Made by a program: the position numbers and the translations under genes
From: Thecamonas trahens ATCC 50062
Taxonomy: Eukaryota; Protista; Apusomonadida
Direction: 5' to 3'
Assembly (NCBI RefSeq): GCF_000142905.1
Contig: NW_013657616.1
Coordinates: 131,174-195,173, forward strand
DNA length: 64,000 nt
The notes under the pieces: generated by a model
Database searches by the model: none
What the model saw: the letters and a program-made list of their open reading frames with translations, nothing else
Told to the model about the DNA's origin: nothing
In this document: piece by piece, positions 46,897 to 57,953 of the stretch
Numbering within the stretch: position 1 is the stretch's first letter
Layout of the letters: every line of letters starts with the position of its first letter

Positions 46897-47451
46897 GGCA
46901 TCTGGAGCGCCCACTGCATCAACGGCCGCCTCCTTTCTCCGCCCCATCTCCTTCATCAAACACACACCGCACATCATCAAACACACTCTGCGCACACACA
47001 TGAGCTTGCTAACCACCAGCTACTTTCTGGCTCCTCTTTGCCCCTCCCCTCACTGCGATCGCTTCATCCCATCCGCCTACCGCGCCGCACGCCACCCCCC
47101 CTACCCAGCCGCCCCACCACCGATCACTCCAACCGATCACCCCAGCCAATGCCCACCACCCTTCCCTGACCCCAATCCNNNNNNNNNNNNNNNNNNNNNN
47201 NNNNNNNNNNNNNNNNNNNNNNNNNNNNNNNNNNNNNNNNNNNNNNNNNNNNNNNNNNNNNNNNNNNNNNNNNNNNNNNNNNNNNNNNNNNNNNNNNNNN
47301 NNNNNNNNNNNNNNNNNNNNNNNNNNNNNNNNNNNNNNNNNNNNNNNNNNNNNNNNNNNNNNNNNNNNNNNCAGACCCGGTCAGTCCTCCTGAGTCAGCG
47401 ACAGGACCGCGACGGCGACGGCGACACCTCACGGTCTTTGCCGAGTGAGGG

Positions 47452-50400
47452 ATGCAGAGCACCAAAGCGACACCAGCATACGCAGCATTACGACGTGAGC
47501 TCCTTCGACGACAAGGCAAGACACCGACACCGCATGGCCTTCGGTCAGCCTCTCGCCTGCCCATCCCTCCACCCGACTTTCGACCTATGGACCATACCCG
47601 TTTGAGGGACCAGATAGCCGAGCGGAGACGGCGGCATGCCGAGCTGATGGCCGATGACCATGACCATGACCATGACCATGACCATGACCATGACCATGAC
47701 CATGACCATGACCATGACCATGACCATGGCAATGACCATGATCATGGCAATGATCATGATCATGGTGATGGCGATGGCGATAGTGCTGTTGCTGCTACTG
47801 CTGGGGTGAGTCTGCTCGACGATCTGCTGGCGAGTGCAAGGAGCTCGACAGCCGGTGCGGGGAATGGCTCCGGTGGCGTGGTGGCGAGTTGGCGGAAGGG
47901 CAAGACGACGGTGGTGGTGTCGGAGATGGCGAGTGATGCGAGCGATGATGATGATGACGATGATGATGGTGATGGCTTCATTGCCGGTGTCCACGGCGAT
48001 TGGCATGCACTTCGCATTCATCCTCCGCTCGACTTGGTCGTCGCTCGTCAGGAGGCTCCCTCGCCGCGCCGTCGCATCCATCCTATTGTGGGACCGGGTT
48101 CCCACCGCTTGCGCAGCGGTGGGACGCCGCTGACGAGCAAGCTGGTCGCCGGTGGAGCTGGCTCTGGTCGCGCGCGTCTCAAGCTCCCTTTCGGCCTCGA
48201 CCGCGGCGGAGGCGCGATGGCCGATGCACGCCGTGGGCGGCCGACCGACAGGCTCCGGGCCCGGCGTCGGATGCAGAGGGCGTCCAAGGGAGCACAACCG
48301 GGGAAGAGGGCCAGGTGCACGGGCAGAGAGAGGACGAGGCCGAAGTGAGAGTCCTCGCCGACGAGCTCGGCGACGTCAATGCTGTCCTCGCCGAGAATGG
48401 AATCAAGACCACGCTGGCTGACATTGAGGCCGAGGTCCTGTCGGCGCCGCGATCAAGGACTCGCCACCGGCCGCGGGTCCGCCCGCTCAACTACACCACT
48501 CTTGGACTCGACGGTGCGGGCCGGGCCGGGAGCGGGAGCGGCCACCCGTCGGTGTCGTCGTCAAAGCTCATCACCGACGTCAGCCGCCTGCTGGAGATGG
48601 AGGACGAGGGCGAGGTCGAGACGTTCCGGACGTCGATGGCGCATGCGCGGTACTCGCGATCCAAGCGCGGACGGTTCTTGCCGGGCGAGACGCGGCCAGA
48701 CGTGGCCCGGTCCGCGCGGAGCGGGCGGGCGGTCGAGTCGGGCTGGGGCGTGCAGGAGCGGAAGCGGAGGCGGCGGCGACGGATGACGGCAGACGGGCGG
48801 CAGCGGCGGCGGCGGCGGACAACAAGCCATAGCCTTGGCCCGGACTCGCTCTCAGGCTCGAGCTCGTCGCACGAGCAGCTGGAGGCCGAGGCCATGCATG
48901 CCATCGACCTCATGACGTATATCAACTCGAGCGAAAAGATCCACCAGCTCAAGCGGGCGTTCAAGGGTGGACTCGAGCTCGAGGAGTTTATCCGAGCCAT
49001 GGTTGCATTTGTGCCCGAGAGCGACGAGCGCGCCGATGAGGAGCTCGTCTCGCAAATGACCGAGCTCTTCCGCGAGATCGACGTCAACGGCGACGGTGAG
49101 CTCTCGTGGCCCGAGTTTGTGGGCTTTATCCTCGACGCCGGGCTTGTCTCGGACTCTGCGTACCGAAGCGAGCGCGCGCACTCGTACCAGCCGTCGGCGA
49201 CAGCGATAGATAGAGTGGCGCGGAGCAAGGCGGTGACGCGGATCAAGACCTTCGACACACTTCCGAACCGGGTGGTGGTCATCTCGGCGCACTCGTTTGT
49301 GGGCATTCACGACGCGTACTCGCTCAAGCTGTTGAACAACCTCAGCGGGCACCGTGGGTGCGCGCTGGACGCGGTCTATGCGCCCGAGTACCGCTACCTC
49401 ATCACCTCGGGCACTGACTGTGCGCTGCTTTTCTGGGATGCACACCACAAGCTCCAGCGGAGGATTCACACCTCGCACCCGCAGCACGCGCTGGCGTGGA
49501 TCGGCAAGTCGCGGACGCTATGGAGCGGCGGCTCAACCGGGCGGGTACATGCGTGGGACTTTGAGAGCGGGCAGCACAAGTTCTCGTACGATGGCTACGG
49601 GCGCGGTCACGTGCTCGCCAACGATGCGGCCGTCCTTGCGTTGCAGGCCATTCCACGGCGCGGCGTGGTGGTCGCCGGCGCGCTCGACGGCTCGATTTTG
49701 GCGTGGGACCTCATCGGGCACACGGCGAGCCCCGCATGCGTCATCTCGACCCGCGAGGGCATGAACTACCGGCAACTCGAGCCGACGCAGCACGCATCGG
49801 GAGTGACGGACCTCGACTACTCGGACGAGTACTCGTTCCTGCTCTCGGCTGGATGCGACCGCGAGGCCTTTGTGTGGAACCCGTTTGTCCAACGCGGCTT
49901 TGTCGGCGTGCTCAAAGGCCACAAGGCACCACTGGTCGGCATCAAGGTCATGGGCTCGTCTCCCGAGGTGGTCACTGCCGACGAAGCCGGGGTGGTCAAG
50001 ATCTGGGACATCCGCACCCTCCGCCCACTTCAGTCGTACACCATGTCGCTCGAGGCTGCGACGGCGACCCAGGCACCGATCTCGGCCCTTGCCACCGTCG
50101 CCTCGTACGACCGCATCCTTGTCGGTGCCGACAAAGTCTTTGCGCTCGACGCGCAGCGGAGCACGCACCCGGAGCTTGCGCACTCGGGACCGGTTGTCGG
50201 CGTCCTCTTCAACGAGGTCTTCCTCTCGTTTGTGACCATGGCCGGGCGCGGCATCCGTGTGTGGAGCGCGGTGACGGGCCGGCTCGAGCGGTCGCACCCG
50301 GAGCTGATGCCGGCTGAGATCACGTGCGGCGGTCTTGACGACCGCCAGCGCAAGCTCATTCTCGGTGACTGCACGGGCGCCGTCAAGGTCTTTACCTACG

Positions 50401-52301
50401 CCACGGGCCACTTTATGAAGGACCTCGATGCGCACGGCGCCGAGGTGGCGGCGCTGCAGTACTCGTGCGGCGGGGCGGCGAGCATGAGCCCGAAGCGGCA
50501 GGTGGTGACGGCGGCGCTGGACGGGCAGCTCTGGCTGCAGAACGAAGAGTCACAGGAGCGCGGGTTCAAGCTCCCACGGTCGATGACGGCGCCGCCGCTG
50601 CCGCTGGCCGCCCGTACCCGCGAGCGGAGCCTGCACCGCATCCACTGCATGGACGTCTCATCGGCGTTTGGCCGCTGGGGCCATGTCGTGGCCGGCTGTG
50701 GTGATGGCTCGCTACGGGTGTGGGATCTGTACACCTTTGCCCTCCTCTCGGCTGAGGACGGGATGCAGACGCCGGCCGAGGCGGTGGCGGCGCGGCTGAC
50801 GACGAGCCCGACATCACCGCTTGGCCTCCGCGGGTCGCCGAGCGGAAACTCGGCCCGTAGCAGCTCGCCCGAGGAGCGCGCCAGCGCGAGTGACTCGCCG
50901 GTCCACATCACGGGCGTAGTGTGGGTCGGCACGCTCCCGCTTGTCATGGCGGCCGACTCGCTCGGCTCACTCGCGCTGTGGGGCACGCGGGCACCATTCA
51001 AGTTCCGTTGCGTGGCGCGGTGGACTAATGAGATGGCCGGCTCGATCGAGCCGCCAGTTGTCACCACTCTCACCTACGCCGGCACGCTGGCGTACTCGGA
51101 GCGAGTGCGTGAGGAGGTGAAGCAGCGGCGGACCGGCGGCGACGGAAGTGGCGGCGCTGACGGCAGCGGCGGCGCTGGTGGCGGCTTCTCAGAGTCTGAT
51201 TCGAACTATGACGTCGAGTACGAGTCCGAGTACGAATCGGACGGCGAGAGCAAGGTGGTGACCAAGTACGTTCTGGTCCGCAAGCACCACATGCTCAAGC
51301 ATGTGGCGGTGACCGGCGACGACAAGGGCGTGGTCAAGTTGTGGAAGCTCGACGCGCTGGTGCGGACGTCGACGCTGGCGAGTCCAGCGCGTGATGCGTC
51401 GGATGTGCTTGGCTACTCGCTCGACGGCATCTCGCTATCGGGCAAGGCCGAGGTGGTGCGGTCTTGGGTGGCGCACCGGCAGGAGGTGACCTCGATCGTG
51501 GTTGTCCGCGCCACCTCGCCGCCCTCGCTCTGCACCGCCTCGCTCGACGGGGCTGTCAAAGTCTGGTCGCTCACTGGCCACCTCCTCGGCGAGTTCCACC
51601 AGGGCCACGTCCGCACCGGCGCATCCGAATGGCGACTGGCCATCGACCATGCGGTGCGGGCGGCCGAGCAGGCGGCCGAGGCCAAGCTGCTGCTGGCCAA
51701 GTTTGAGCGACGGAATGGAGCGCTGCAGCGTGAGGCGGCTGAAGCCGAAGCCGTTGAGGTCGAGCCCGAGGTCGACGATATGGAGAAGAATTCGGCCGGT
51801 GGCAAGGCCAGGGCTGAGACCAATGGTGATGGACGAGACGACAACGAGGGCGATTCAGAGCTCTCGTGGCTCGAAGTTGCGTCACAGGCGTCGATGGCGA
51901 TGATCACGCCGCCGTCGACACCGTCGTCGTCGGAGGACGACTCGGACGGCGAGGTGTACGTCGAGCCGACGGCGATATACCGGGCTGTGGCGCTCGAGGA
52001 CGATGGCTCGTTGTCCGGAAGCAGCGACGACGACGAGGCGCTGGCCAAGGTCAAGCAGCTGATGCAGCGCAAGTTCATCGACTCGGCCTCGGTCTCGTCC
52101 GAGACGTTGGCCGGCGTCAAAGGCGCACGGGCAGCGATTCTCCGACAGGGCACCAGACGGCGGCTCTCAATCTACGACGCCAACACCCGCGGGCCTGCCG
52201 CAGCACTGGCACTGGCGGCATCCGAGTCTATGGCGGGGCCAAAGGTTGTCACGCCGTACTACAACCGGACGCGGCGGGACTCTGCGCCGCGGCGGCGGTG
52301 A
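47452..52301 (+). CDS. EF-hand + WD40 protein (WDR49/EFCAB8-like); probable frameshift ~48250 joins the N-terminal ORF
   Basis: LFREIDVNGDGELSWPEF EF-hand; GH..WD repeats; AFVWNPF; LDDRQRKLILGD. The core ORF 48000-52301 is secure; the 47452 extension is inferred. Confidence 0.8.
47655..47780. repeat. (CATGAC)n coding microsatellite (Asp-His repeat)
   Basis: Read directly; translates as DHDHDH in ORF 47452. Confidence 0.9.
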
Positions 52302-52333
52302 TGCGGCAGAGGGAGGATGATGTGTATTTGGTG

Positions 52334-53338
52334 CTACGGCTCGGGCGCAGGGACAGCGACACCGGCGCAGGCCAGGTCCGAGATAGCGGAGCCGACCGAC
52401 TTGAAGAGGGTGATGTGCGAGGGCTCGCGCGGCGGGCGCTGGTCGGCGGAGCAGAGCGAGGCGAGGGTGCCGCGGACGTCGTCGGGCGCGAGGACGCCGG
52501 CAGTGATGGGCGAAGCAATGTCGCCAGACTCGGCCAGTGCCTCGGAGACGTCGACGTATACCTCTGCTTTGGAGACAGCAACGTCGTCGGCCTCGCGCAT
52601 GTGTGGCGTAAACGAGCCGATGAGATCGAGGTGCTGGCCCGGGGCGAGCCACTCGCCGAGGATGATGGGCTCGCGGGCGAGAGTGGCGCACGAGATGATG
52701 TCGGCGCTCCGGACGGCGGTCTCAAGCTCGGTAGCGACGACGGCGTCAAAGCCGTCGGCAATGAGCTGGTCGACTAGGAGCTGAGCCTTCTCTTGCGAGC
52801 GGTTGTAGACGGTGACATGGTTGATGGAGGGCATGGCGGCGGCGTAGGCGTACGGCAGTTGCGAGGCGACAGCGCCCGCGCCGACGATGAGCAGCTTGGT
52901 CGAGTCGGGACGGGCGAGGAGGCTAGCGCCAAGCGCACCAACAGCCGCGGTCCGACGAGCAGTCAGCACGGCACCGTCGAGCAGAGCCACATGAGCACCA
53001 GTCATGCCATCGATGACAATGTACGAGGCCATGACCGCCGGCAGCTGCCTGGCTGAGTTGCCCGGGACGACAGTGACGATCTTGACGCCACTGATACCAC
53101 CGGATGAGCCCCATGCCGGCATGAGAAGGAGCGTGTTGTCCGGCGGCGGCGAGCTGGCTGTCGCGGTGGCGTCATCACTATCATGTGCGTCTTGATCAGC
53201 TTCTTGGGCGGGCATGGCATGATGATGGCGAGTCGGTGCCGTGAGCTGATCGCTGTGGGCCCAGCTGCTCTTGAGCGCCTCCAGCAGCGATGGGAACGGC
53301 AGCGCAGTCGCAGTTTCGGTGGCAGAGTACACGCGCAT
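52334..53338 (-). CDS. Ornithine cyclodeaminase/mu-crystallin family reductase, bacterial type
   Basis: LLLMPAW; GVKIVTVVPGN; LTARRTAA; GAGAVA; ADIISCAT; HLDLIGSFTPHMREAD; TLFKSVG; no intron. Confidence 0.92.
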   Translation of the reverse strand: MRVYSATETATALPFPSLLEALKSSWAHSDQLTAPTRHHHAMPAQEADQDAHDSDDATATASSPPPDNTLLLMPAWGSSGGISGVKIVTVVPGNSARQLPAVMASYIVIDGMTGAHVALLDGAVLTARRTAAVGALGASLLARPDSTKLLIVGAGAVASQLPYAYAAAMPSINHVTVYNRSQEKAQLLVDQLIADGFDAVVATELETAVRSADIISCATLAREPIILGEWLAPGQHLDLIGSFTPHMREADDVAVSKAEVYVDVSEALAESGDIASPITAGVLAPDDVRGTLASLCSADQRPPREPSHITLFKSVGSAISDLACAGVAVPAPEP

Positions 53339-53360
53339 GGTATGACGGATTGGCTGACTG

Positions 53361-53362
<2 letters not shown>

Positions 53363-53405
<43 letters not shown>
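53363..53405. repeat. (GT)n microsatellite
   Basis: Read directly from the sequence. Confidence 0.97.
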
Positions 53406-53408
<3 letters not shown>

Positions 53409-54791
53409 GAGGGGTGAGTACGTATTTGCCATTGTTTGGCTGGCATNNNNNNNNNNNNNNNNNNNNNNNNNNNNNNNNNNNNNNNNNNNNNNNNNNNNNN
53501 NNNNNNNNNNNNNNNNNNNNNNNNNNNNNNNNNNNNNNNNNNNNNNNNNNNNNNNNNNNNNNNNNNNNNNNNNNNNNNNNNNNNNNNNNNNNNNNNNNNN
53601 NNNNNNNNNNNNNNNNNNNNNNNNNNNNNNNNNNNNNNNNNNNNNNCTCTCCCCCCCAAAGCGAAAAAGGTAGTCGGGCGGGGCGGGTACAGTGCTTGAT
53701 TGGTTGACAATGTTGCGGCGCAGGTCGGTTTTTGTCGCGGAGAATATTGCCGACTGTAGCAAAAAACCGCACGTGTTGCCCGCGGATGCGGTCATTAAAT
53801 AGCCAATATACTTATCAACCTCCATATGCTCTTCTTTGGATGACAGACGACTGGGGAGCACTGCTAGAGCAGTGCAGGACATTAAGGCACCATCAACATG
53901 GGAGCGTTGGCCGTACCGGAGGCGGATGGAGTGTATGTATAAGTTGCTGAGCGAAGATGCAATAGATCTCGCGTCCTGGCCGGATATTCTCAGTCAACGT
54001 TGCAGAAACACGGCACGTGGAGTAGCGACCAAGTCTCGGAAACCGCAGCAGCCAGCGACCGCAAACTTCACAGAGTCATGTGCGATAAGCAGCACTGCTT
54101 CCATTATCACCGCTAGGTACAGTATAGGTACGGCTGTGCCGATGGTAGTATCGCCGAAAGGGTGTGCGGGTAGCGAGCGGAGGACAAACGCTTGATACAA
54201 CGTCTATTGCCAAAATTGGATCTTGTAATTGGCATGCAAAGTGAGCACTGAGGGGGGTTCGGAACTGTAAAGTGGGGACAGGAAGCTCAGGAAGGCACAG
54301 ACGTGCAAGCTAAGGGTACCAAGGGCAAGCGCTGTGTACAGAGCACACGGGAAAAATGTTTCTTGCGGCGAAGGGACCGTCTCTCGAGTTCCTGTGGCGT
54401 CTGTTTCCTGCGGTCGTTTTCTGGCCCTTTTGCGCCGCGAGCGGAGTGTGCGGACCTTACCCACTGCAAAAGTTTTGAAGCAAACGACTAATTACCTGCT
54501 TGTAGCCAATATCCGGGAAACCAGATCACTGAGCATACACTCGGAATACTCATGCCAGGGGTTTGCCGAGAAGCCCAACATGTAGCTCACACAGTATGCA
54601 CATAGTGAGCGCGTTTGCAAAGTGTGAGCATGATGCAGTGATGCATGGGGACTGTGTGCCAGTTTGGTGCGGAGCGTGAGGGGGGTGTGCGGATGATTCG
54701 AAAATAAATTAGCTGACCACATCTTGCCCCTGTGTCGCACAGTATTTGTGGTCTTCCGAGCCAGCACTTCACCCACCACCCACCCAAGACC

Positions 54792-57263
54792 ATGCCCTCG
54801 TGCGACAATTGTCGCAAGGGCCACCGCAAGTGCATACCAAGCACAAAGCTTACTTGCCAACTTTGTGAGAAGCGCGGGGTGCCCTGTACCTATTCGTCCC
54901 GTGCAGCCGGTTCCGCCGCCGCGTTTCAAACCGCTCTCGTGGCTGCCTCCCACAACATGACCGTGCTTGTCAACCCGACCAGTTTGGACACAGCGAACAA
55001 TGCTCTTAATTGGCACAACCATCCCGCACCCACGTTGGGCCTCGAACAGCCACCTGCCAAGCGGCACCACATACTGCCGCCAGGCAACGTCCCACCCTCG
55101 CACATACCGTACCCTTCCATCCTCGCACCATCACTTGCAGCAGCTGTGGGGCGGACGGATCTGCATCAGCTGTTCTTCACGTTTGTCAACCCCACTCTTG
55201 GTGCCGCCCAGCTGAGCGGCTCGTTCCAGGCGCTGGCCCGATTGCGGGCTCGCGAAGCTGTCTCGGCGCAAGACCTCGACGTGGACAACCTCACGCTGGA
55301 CCTCCAGCTTGTCACCATTTCGGCAGTCGCGCAGCGGCTGTGTGGCGACATGCCCGGGTCGGACCAGTCGCTCTCGACGGCCAAGGCGGCGCTGATCAAC
55401 TGCTTAGATCACGCGTCGCGCGACATGGCCATTATTCACCTCCTCCTCGCCTCCCTCTACGCCGGGTTCGACGAGTCGCAGTTTGCGGCCCACATCGGCA
55501 TGGCGTGGTCAATTCTCTCGATCATTGCCTCGCGGTCGGGCCGGACAATTTCGCGGGCAAAGGACATATCGCCAGCCGAGCTCCCGCCGCTCATGCGGGC
55601 CTTTGCTCAGCTTGACAATCCGACGCGGTGCGCGTCGATTGCCTCGCTCACGACGGCGCGCGATGTCTTCCGCGTCCGCACCCTCCTCGGCTGCTCGCGT
55701 CACCTCCTCACCGACGTCTGGTCGCCGCTGCCTACCGTGTGGTGGACCGCCATCGCTGGTACCATTTTCCCGCTTCTTGAGCGCTACCTCCTGTCGCAAG
55801 CCTTGGTCGACGTGCTGCCGCAGGAGACTGCACCGCTTGTTGCCAGCATCCACGCTCTCCCGCTCTTCACAACACTCTCCGGTACGGCATCGGCCAGCGG
55901 CGACGCGCCGGCGCCCATGAGCCTGACCTCGCCGGCTGCCGCTCCCCAGCCGATGATGACCTCGCCGCAGATGACTCCTCACCCGCATCCGTTTGGGGTC
56001 ACCCCAGTCAGCAACGCGGGTACTGGCCTGCGTGGCTTGCCACAGTCGGCAGCGCCAGGCAACTTGCCAAGCGGCGTGTTTTCCACGCCGTTCCCGGATC
56101 CGGCGTCGCGCTCAACCTCGATGTGGACGCCGTCTCTTCAGCCGAATCTTGCCGGCGGAGTTCCGGCGCGCGGCGTCGCACCGCCGCCAATGGCTTCGGG
56201 CTCAAAGTCGGACACGTCCCACTCGAACTCCAACTCCAATTCAAACTCGAGGACGCCGGCTCCGTTCTCGAACACGTTTTCGTCGTCGGCGAGCGGCACG
56301 TCGGGTCTGCCGGTCTCAGGCGGCTCGATGGCCATCCCGACCTCATTCCCACCGCCGTCGTCATCAGCGTCGTCGTCGTCGTCGGCGACGGGCGGCCAGA
56401 CGCGGCCACCGGGCGGCTCGAGCTCGGGCTCGGTCTCGAGCTCGAGCTCGACCGGGACGATGCCGGCGATCAGCGCCGCGACGCCGCTTGCGGCTGCTGC
56501 GATGGGCCTCAGCTACCACAACCTCGGAACTACGCCGACACCGGTCGCCCGCACCCGGATCTCGTCGTCACCGTCGTCGTCGAAGAACACGCCGTCAGGC
56601 TCGAACACGACGTCTGGCTCGGGCTCAGGCTCCCGCTCAGGCTCAGGCTCGGGCTCGGACTCGGAGTCGATTTCGCCAAACAGCAACAGCCAGAACCGGC
56701 ATGCGGCACAGGGACACGGACAGCAGCAAGGCGCCAACCAGGGATCGACCTCGTCGTCCTCATCCTCGCACACCCGTGCGCCGTCCGTCAACACCTCGAC
56801 TTCGCCCCTGACCAAGGCACCCGAGTACACTGTCCTCCTCGCCATCTTGCCGCTCATCTCGACAGCGGCCAACTGGCTGGAGAACGACCTGCGAAACCAC
56901 CAGGCCCACTCGAAGCTCTGCGTCGGCGTCTATACGCAGACAATGGCGGCGTTCCTCCAGAACGTCGGCGCGCACATCCACTACGTCCGCACCGGTGGCT
57001 TTGACACCCGGCACGCACTGGATACAGCTATCGCTGCAATCACCGCCATGGATGCTTCTCTCCGCTACGGAGGCGATCTAATGCGCCTTGTCATTGCCTT
57101 TACAGGCATTGTTGCCATCACCGCCTCACGCTGGGACATTATTTTCAAGCTCATCCCCCTGGCGGCCTCGAGCGAGGCCTCCGTTCCCAATCCAGTCGTC
57201 TTCCTGGCGCTCTCCCGCGTTGCGGCCGACTACGACATGGCGACGTCCGAGTCCCGGCGATGA
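54792..57263 (+). CDS. Zn(II)2Cys6 (GAL4-type) binuclear-cluster transcription factor
   Basis: MPSCDNCRKGHRKCIPSTKLTCQLCEKRGVPC = CX2CX6CX7CX2CX6C at the N-terminus; helical middle region; Ser-rich disordered region. Confidence 0.85.
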   Translation: MPSCDNCRKGHRKCIPSTKLTCQLCEKRGVPCTYSSRAAGSAAAFQTALVAASHNMTVLVNPTSLDTANNALNWHNHPAPTLGLEQPPAKRHHILPPGNVPPSHIPYPSILAPSLAAAVGRTDLHQLFFTFVNPTLGAAQLSGSFQALARLRAREAVSAQDLDVDNLTLDLQLVTISAVAQRLCGDMPGSDQSLSTAKAALINCLDHASRDMAIIHLLLASLYAGFDESQFAAHIGMAWSILSIIASRSGRTISRAKDISPAELPPLMRAFAQLDNPTRCASIASLTTARDVFRVRTLLGCSRHLLTDVWSPLPTVWWTAIAGTIFPLLERYLLSQALVDVLPQETAPLVASIHALPLFTTLSGTASASGDAPAPMSLTSPAAAPQPMMTSPQMTPHPHPFGVTPVSNAGTGLRGLPQSAAPGNLPSGVFSTPFPDPASRSTSMWTPSLQPNLAGGVPARGVAPPPMASGSKSDTSHSNSNSNSNSRTPAPFSNTFSSSASGTSGLPVSGGSMAIPTSFPPPSSSASSSSSATGGQTRPPGGSSSGSVSSSSSTGTMPAISAATPLAAAAMGLSYHNLGTTPTPVARTRISSSPSSSKNTPSGSNTTSGSGSGSRSGSGSGSDSESISPNSNSQNRHAAQGHGQQQGANQGSTSSSSSSHTRAPSVNTSTSPLTKAPEYTVLLAILPLISTAANWLENDLRNHQAHSKLCVGVYTQTMAAFLQNVGAHIHYVRTGGFDTRHALDTAIAAITAMDASLRYGGDLMRLVIAFTGIVAITASRWDIIFKLIPLAASSEASVPNPVVFLALSRVAADYDMATSESRR

Positions 57264-57409
57264 AGATGTGCGTAATAGCACGCACTACGTTGCGGTCGAG
57301 GAAGGCTTGCCACGACATCTAGCAGCGCATTCTGACCACTCGCCTAGACGTTGGCCTCGTGTTGGTGATGTACGCGGGCGTCACGGCTGATCTATTGGCC
57401 ATGACGGCC

Positions 57410-57535
57410 ACGGTGACATGGCCAAGACGGCGCCAAGTCACCTGCCGCCACCTGTGCCTGCATCAGCATAGTGTACGTAAACTCGTTGGCTGCAGCGCCG
57501 GCAGCGATCATACGCACCAACACATCCTCCGGTGT
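57410..57535 (-). pseudogene. Isolated PPR-like motif fragment
   Basis: EDVLVRMIAAGAAANEFTYTMLMQAQVAAGDL resembles the PPR consensus (M..G..PN..TY..L), with no long ORF around it. Confidence 0.4.
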
Positions 57536-57953
57536 GATGGTTGTTTTCGGGAGCGGGCCGATGGGGTCGGTGGGTGCACGCGCGGGCGGCGTGGGTGCTG
57601 CAAGTGGCAGAGTATGAGCGGTGAGCATGGGCATCGAGTGCCTGTTGATCGTCTTGCCGCAGGCGCTCTACCTCTGCCGAGATCCACTCGATCACGCACG
57701 GTGGGCACGGCCTGCTCAAGCCGTCAAAGGCGAGGGCGGCGGGTGGTCTTCCTCGACGACGGCCTCAGCGCAATCAAGGACAACCAAGGGGGTGATGGCG
57801 ATGGTGCCGTCGGTGGCGTTCATCGTGCTGGAACAGCTGTGCGGAGCCGACGAGGAGGGTTCTGACGGTGACATGTCCACCTTTGGCACGCTCCTCTGCT
57901 TGACGGCAGCAACATCATGGAGGTCGGCCGTCAAATTCTTGCCAGCAACGCTG

